Source: Tubiluchus corallicola | Taxonomy: Eukaryota > Animalia > Priapulida | DNA length: 50,324 bases | Direction: 5' to 3' | Assembly: GCA_030141605.1 (NCBI GenBank) | Contig: JAQGDQ010001275.1 | Location: 1 to 50,324, forward strand | Shown: one piece after another, positions 46,665 to 50,324 of the stretch | How the letters are laid out: the number at the start of each line of letters is the position of its first letter | Numbering within the stretch: position 1 is the first letter of the stretch | Made by a program: the position numbers and the translations under genes | The notes under the pieces: model-generated | The model's database searches: none | Seen by the model: the letters and a program-made list of their open reading frames with translations, nothing else | Told to the model about the DNA's origin: nothing

Positions 46665-49276
46665 TTAAATTTTTGATTTTCTGTTATTAGCAAAATATAA
46701 CGGTCGTACTTTCAGCTCTGTTCCCAAAACATAATTGATAACGCATTTTGCGCATCGATCATACCACCAGCCAATGCTATTATAGACCTCGGCACAATTT
46801 CTGGTCAGATGATTGTCATTATCCCGATCTAGGGTACTAAAGCGCATTCCATTGTGATAAATCATGCAATTACCTATAAAATTAACCAAAAATTTGCTAA
46901 GCAACAAAAACCACTTGTACATGCGAGTCTTTATTCTGCCTATAAATTTGTTTACAAACTGCCCTAAACAAGGCCAATGCCACTCAAGGTAATGGCTGAT
47001 ATGAGAAATTAATTATTTAATAATCACTGACTTAGTGAGCTTAAGCCCAGTTGGTAAAGTATCCACACCTCGCCACCTACTTGACATCAAAGGATTCTAT
47101 GCTCAATTCCGACTACCTCAGTCTCTCTGTCCTTCCTTTTTGAAGGCTCCCAGTCATGTGACTTGACATATCTGATAGCTTGGCTAACTTGGCTGCTCGA
47201 CTTCATGTCCTCAGTGCCTACCTCTGTCCATTACAAGGGCAGGGTACAACGTCTGCTTATGGAGTTAATAATAGTTATCAAATGTTTTCAACTCATTAAA
47301 ATCCACTTCACGACTTAGAAATACAAGTCCATATAGACCAAACTTCTAACAAGCAACACTAAATACAATATCAGAAGCCAACTTTAGGCATAGTCACATG
47401 GCTTTTACAACCTGTTTTAGCTGTTCATACTTATGTGTGTAGACGGACTATAGCTATTTGTTACTGCCGTAGTTCTGGTAAACTCATTAAATACTATTTT
47501 TTTATCCTGGGGGCGGTTTCACAAAACCTTCACTAATTTGCAACATCGTTATTACATTCGCTTAACCGCTAATAACGATGTTGCAAAGTTAGTGAAGGTT
47601 TCATAAAGCCTTCACTAAGTTAACGACATCGCTATTACATTCCCTTAACTGCTAATAATGAAGTCGTTAAGTTAGTGATGGTTTCACTAAGCCTTCACTA
47701 AGTGAACTACATCATTATAACATTCATTTAACTGTTAATAGTGATGTTGCTAAGTTAGAGATGGTTACACAAAGCCTTCACTAAGTGAACGACATCGTTA
47801 TTATATTCGCTTAACTGTTAATAAGGACTTCGTTAATAAGGATTCGGTTAATTAATTTAGGCTAAATTATCTTTACCTTGTAAAGTAATGCAATAAACTA
47901 CTATTTTTGCTATAGATCAGAAATCAATTAGGCTATTATTGGAAAAACGTCATATTTTACTTAGCTGCAGTATTTTTTACCTCTCAATGCTGTTCAATCA
48001 AATCTTTATACTGAATAAATTAATTTCAGGTTTATCGTGCAAAGTAGAACCGCAGTTAGATTTTCCTTTTTGACATTTCACTTGGACGCATCCATTCGTT
48101 GGGGACAATATTCCTTACGGAATGAAACTGATACCTTTGTTTGGGCACATTCATTGTGTTATGAAAATTTAAAGAAACACATAAGCATAATGAGACAGTT
48201 GATGCTTTTGCTAAAGAAAAGCTAAAAAAAATTAGCGGCTTTCGTGTCTAACAATTCTACGAATTTTGTAATTCATAAAGTTTATGTTCGACTTGCAACG
48301 TATTAAAACTGTGAATAAGAAAACGTAGTTCACACTTCATTCATATAGCAGATCATAAACTACTTACTATAGTTGCCATGATGACCGTCGACATGCAATA
48401 TATAATCTTCCTGTTCAGACCCAACCGTGAACGTGTCGTAGAGAGAGTACGACTTTTTACCAGGACTAGGTTCCCGATCTATGCGCAGCTGCTGTTGCTT
48501 GTCTGAAGTGAGTTGATTTATTTTATTGTTACCTGTAATTTTAAAGTAAATGACATCAAACATTATGGACAAATACCCAGGTGTCAATTTCAAATGTAGG
48601 TAAAAAAAGCACGGTAAAATGGACACAGAAAAAAGATGGCACAATGGCACAAGAGGTAAAAATGGCACAGGAAAAAAGTCACAAATGCAAAAGAGGTAAA
48701 AATGGCACAGAGAAAATAATAAGCTTAATAAAATATGTGCTTAGGGTTAGGGTTACAGCAGATAGATCATTTTGGCTGAAACAGGGGCGTCTCTCTAAAT
48801 GCCGAATGTATTATCGTGAAAATAACTAGTTTTCTGTATCTTTTGTAATGTTGCATGTTTTGATAACGGGACTGTCATGTTACGCACAACTAATGCAGAG
48901 AAAAAGACTTATTCTGGCCTAGTACTGCAAATCAAACTCAGGGTGATTCTTTGACAAAATTCGTTTATCTTTATTCCGTCATATCGAAAAGGGAAGTCGG
49001 GCTCAGGAACGCAAAATTGTGTACAATTCGTAGCTGCTATTCATGAAATTAATTAAAGGCGTAGGGCGCCAGACGTTTTCTGCTGCTAGGCACCAGGAGC
49101 ACTTACTACGCCCCTGAAAAGCTCTCAAAGGGAGTGTTTAATAATTCTTTTTTATTTTCTCGACCAGCAAAAAAATACGAGTTAGTTCTAGTTTTCTTGT
49201 ACTAGCCAAAACCAATCTTATATGCATCCCAATTGTGAGCAAAATCCTCAGATCCATTATACCTTTTTTGAAACAC
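46665..49276 (-). pseudogene. FReD copy 5 (exons 5-7 in window, exons 1-4 expected beyond the right edge); exon 5 truncated with a premature stop
   Basis: Exon 7 (46873-46665) and exon 6 (48532-48368) are open. Exon 5 (49276-49205) reads [24 protein letters not shown] then TAG (49204-49202). SLNGEFWL and the donor are removed by a deletion of about 370 bp relative to copy 2. Confidence 0.82.
47507..47830. repeat. Tandem array of self-palindromic units of about 83 bp in intron 6
   Basis: CCTTCACTAA anchors at 47527, 47609, 47692 and 47775; fewer units at 35860-36015 and 9115-9165. Confidence 0.8.
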
Positions 49277-49465
49277 CTAAATTTGTAGAGAAGTATAACT
49301 AAATGAATTAGCCATTCATATGTATTATAGAATATCAATTAATGAGTAGTGTAGTGTGTAGAAAACCTCTTCTAGTAGGATATTTGAAACCACGAATGTA
49401 ATGAATTTTGGTTTTGTTTATTTCAAAAATTAATGCTATAAAAAGTGAAACTCACAGAAAATAGA

Positions 49466-49523
49466 TGTGTGTGTGTGCACGTGCATGCGTGCATGCGTGC
49501 GTGTGTGTGCTTGTGCGGGCGTG

Positions 49524-49610
<87 letters not shown>

Positions 49611-49714
49611 ATGTGCGGGCGTGAGTGTATGTGTGTGTATGTGCATGCATATGTGTATGTGTGTGTATGTGCGTGTGTGTGTGTGCGTGCGTGCGTGCAT
49701 GCGTGTGTGTGTGC
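49466..49714. repeat. (TG)n/(TGCG)n microsatellite
   Basis: Read directly; the paralog at 11627-11690 is shorter. Confidence 0.97.
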
Positions 49715-49970
49715 ATCCTTGTATATGGCTCTGATTGCATATGCACTAAACTGAACATGTGAAAACATCTTTTACAAGCAGAAGTAGAGAGACCTCTTGG
49801 CCGTTTTTAGCTTTAATTTAAGCCAAACTGTGCAAATTATTGTTCTTAGTCATGTGATTTGTTTGTGCCACTATTTGTGTTTAGAATAATCCAAGGTTAA
49901 GTACTTTTTGTTTAATATGACCCTAGAATTTAATTAGGATACTGCCTTAAGCATATATATATATATATAT

Positions 49971-50035
49971 ATATAACCCAGCCATTGGGGCAGCAATCCA
50001 GCCGGTCCCAAGCCTGGGTACACGGAGAGGGTTGT
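49971..50035 (+). ncRNA. Twister ribozyme-like motif (P1 type) heading an element of about 200 bp (49975-50172) flanked by (TA)n
   Basis: ATA-T|AA-CCC-AGC-[ATTG..CAAT]-G-CCGG-TCCCAAGC-CTGG-GTACAC-GGA-GA-GGG-TTGT. P4 is CCGG/CTGG, loop 4 is TCCCAAGC, T1 is CCC/GGG. It is followed by RTE-5'UTR-like GGCTATCAACCC. Confidence 0.65.
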
Positions 50036-50171
50036 CAGGATAAGGCTATCAACCCACTGGCACAAAAGGCCTCTTATGCTCAACAAATGCATGGTGAACC
50101 AAGATGAAATGTTCACCAACTGATAGATGATATTAGGCGGATTGGTGAGAAAGAAAGGTGGTAAAGATACA

Positions 50172-50217
<46 letters not shown>

Positions 50218-50324
50218 CCTCTTTTAAGTAATTAAACATTGTACTTTGAATATTGTTTGTTAATATTGACACTAATATTATATTATAATAGTTCATGCTT
50301 CTTTCCGTTTAATTACCATACTAC

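Noticed and set aside
47507-47830. CRISPR-like palindromic repeats
   Set aside because: The sequences between repeats are themselves repeated (no unique spacers), there are no cas genes, and the context is a eukaryotic intron.
49423-49768. HT/CV-repeat ORFs, and the ER-repeat ORF at 20241-20486
   Set aside because: Translations of dinucleotide microsatellites.

Overview
AT-rich, repeat-dense eukaryotic DNA, probably an invertebrate animal; the taxon cannot be assigned from the sequence. The window is a tandem array (about 12-14 kb per unit) of 7-exon genes for secreted fibrinogen-related-domain (FReD; ficolin/tachylectin-5/FREP-like) proteins with the layout signal peptide - short coiled coil - Cys linker - FReD. 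I reconstructed the exons by hand from GT-AG sites and intron phases. Six paralogous loci are touched. Copy 0: only exon 1 is in the window (466-507, minus). Copy 1: an inverted two-exon relic (1173-1900, plus). Copies 2 (8257-16507) and 3 (22558-30725) look intact. Copy 4 (34995-41378) is a chimera lacking exon 6 but still in frame. Copy 5 (46665 to beyond the right edge) is disabled by a deletion in exon 5. All five last exons share an unusual FReD C-terminus that lacks roughly 25 residues of the canonical P-subdomain; its remaining loops are hypervariable while adjacent introns are conserved, and a new Cys pair is present in four copies and absent in one. Introns and spacers carry LINE remnants, MITE/foldback elements, mini- and microsatellites, a twister-ribozyme-headed short element inserted in (TA)n, and Penelope-type inverted repeats with hammerhead-like cores behind each stop codon. 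Most entries in the ORF track are repeat noise. All alignments were done by eye and no database search was run.
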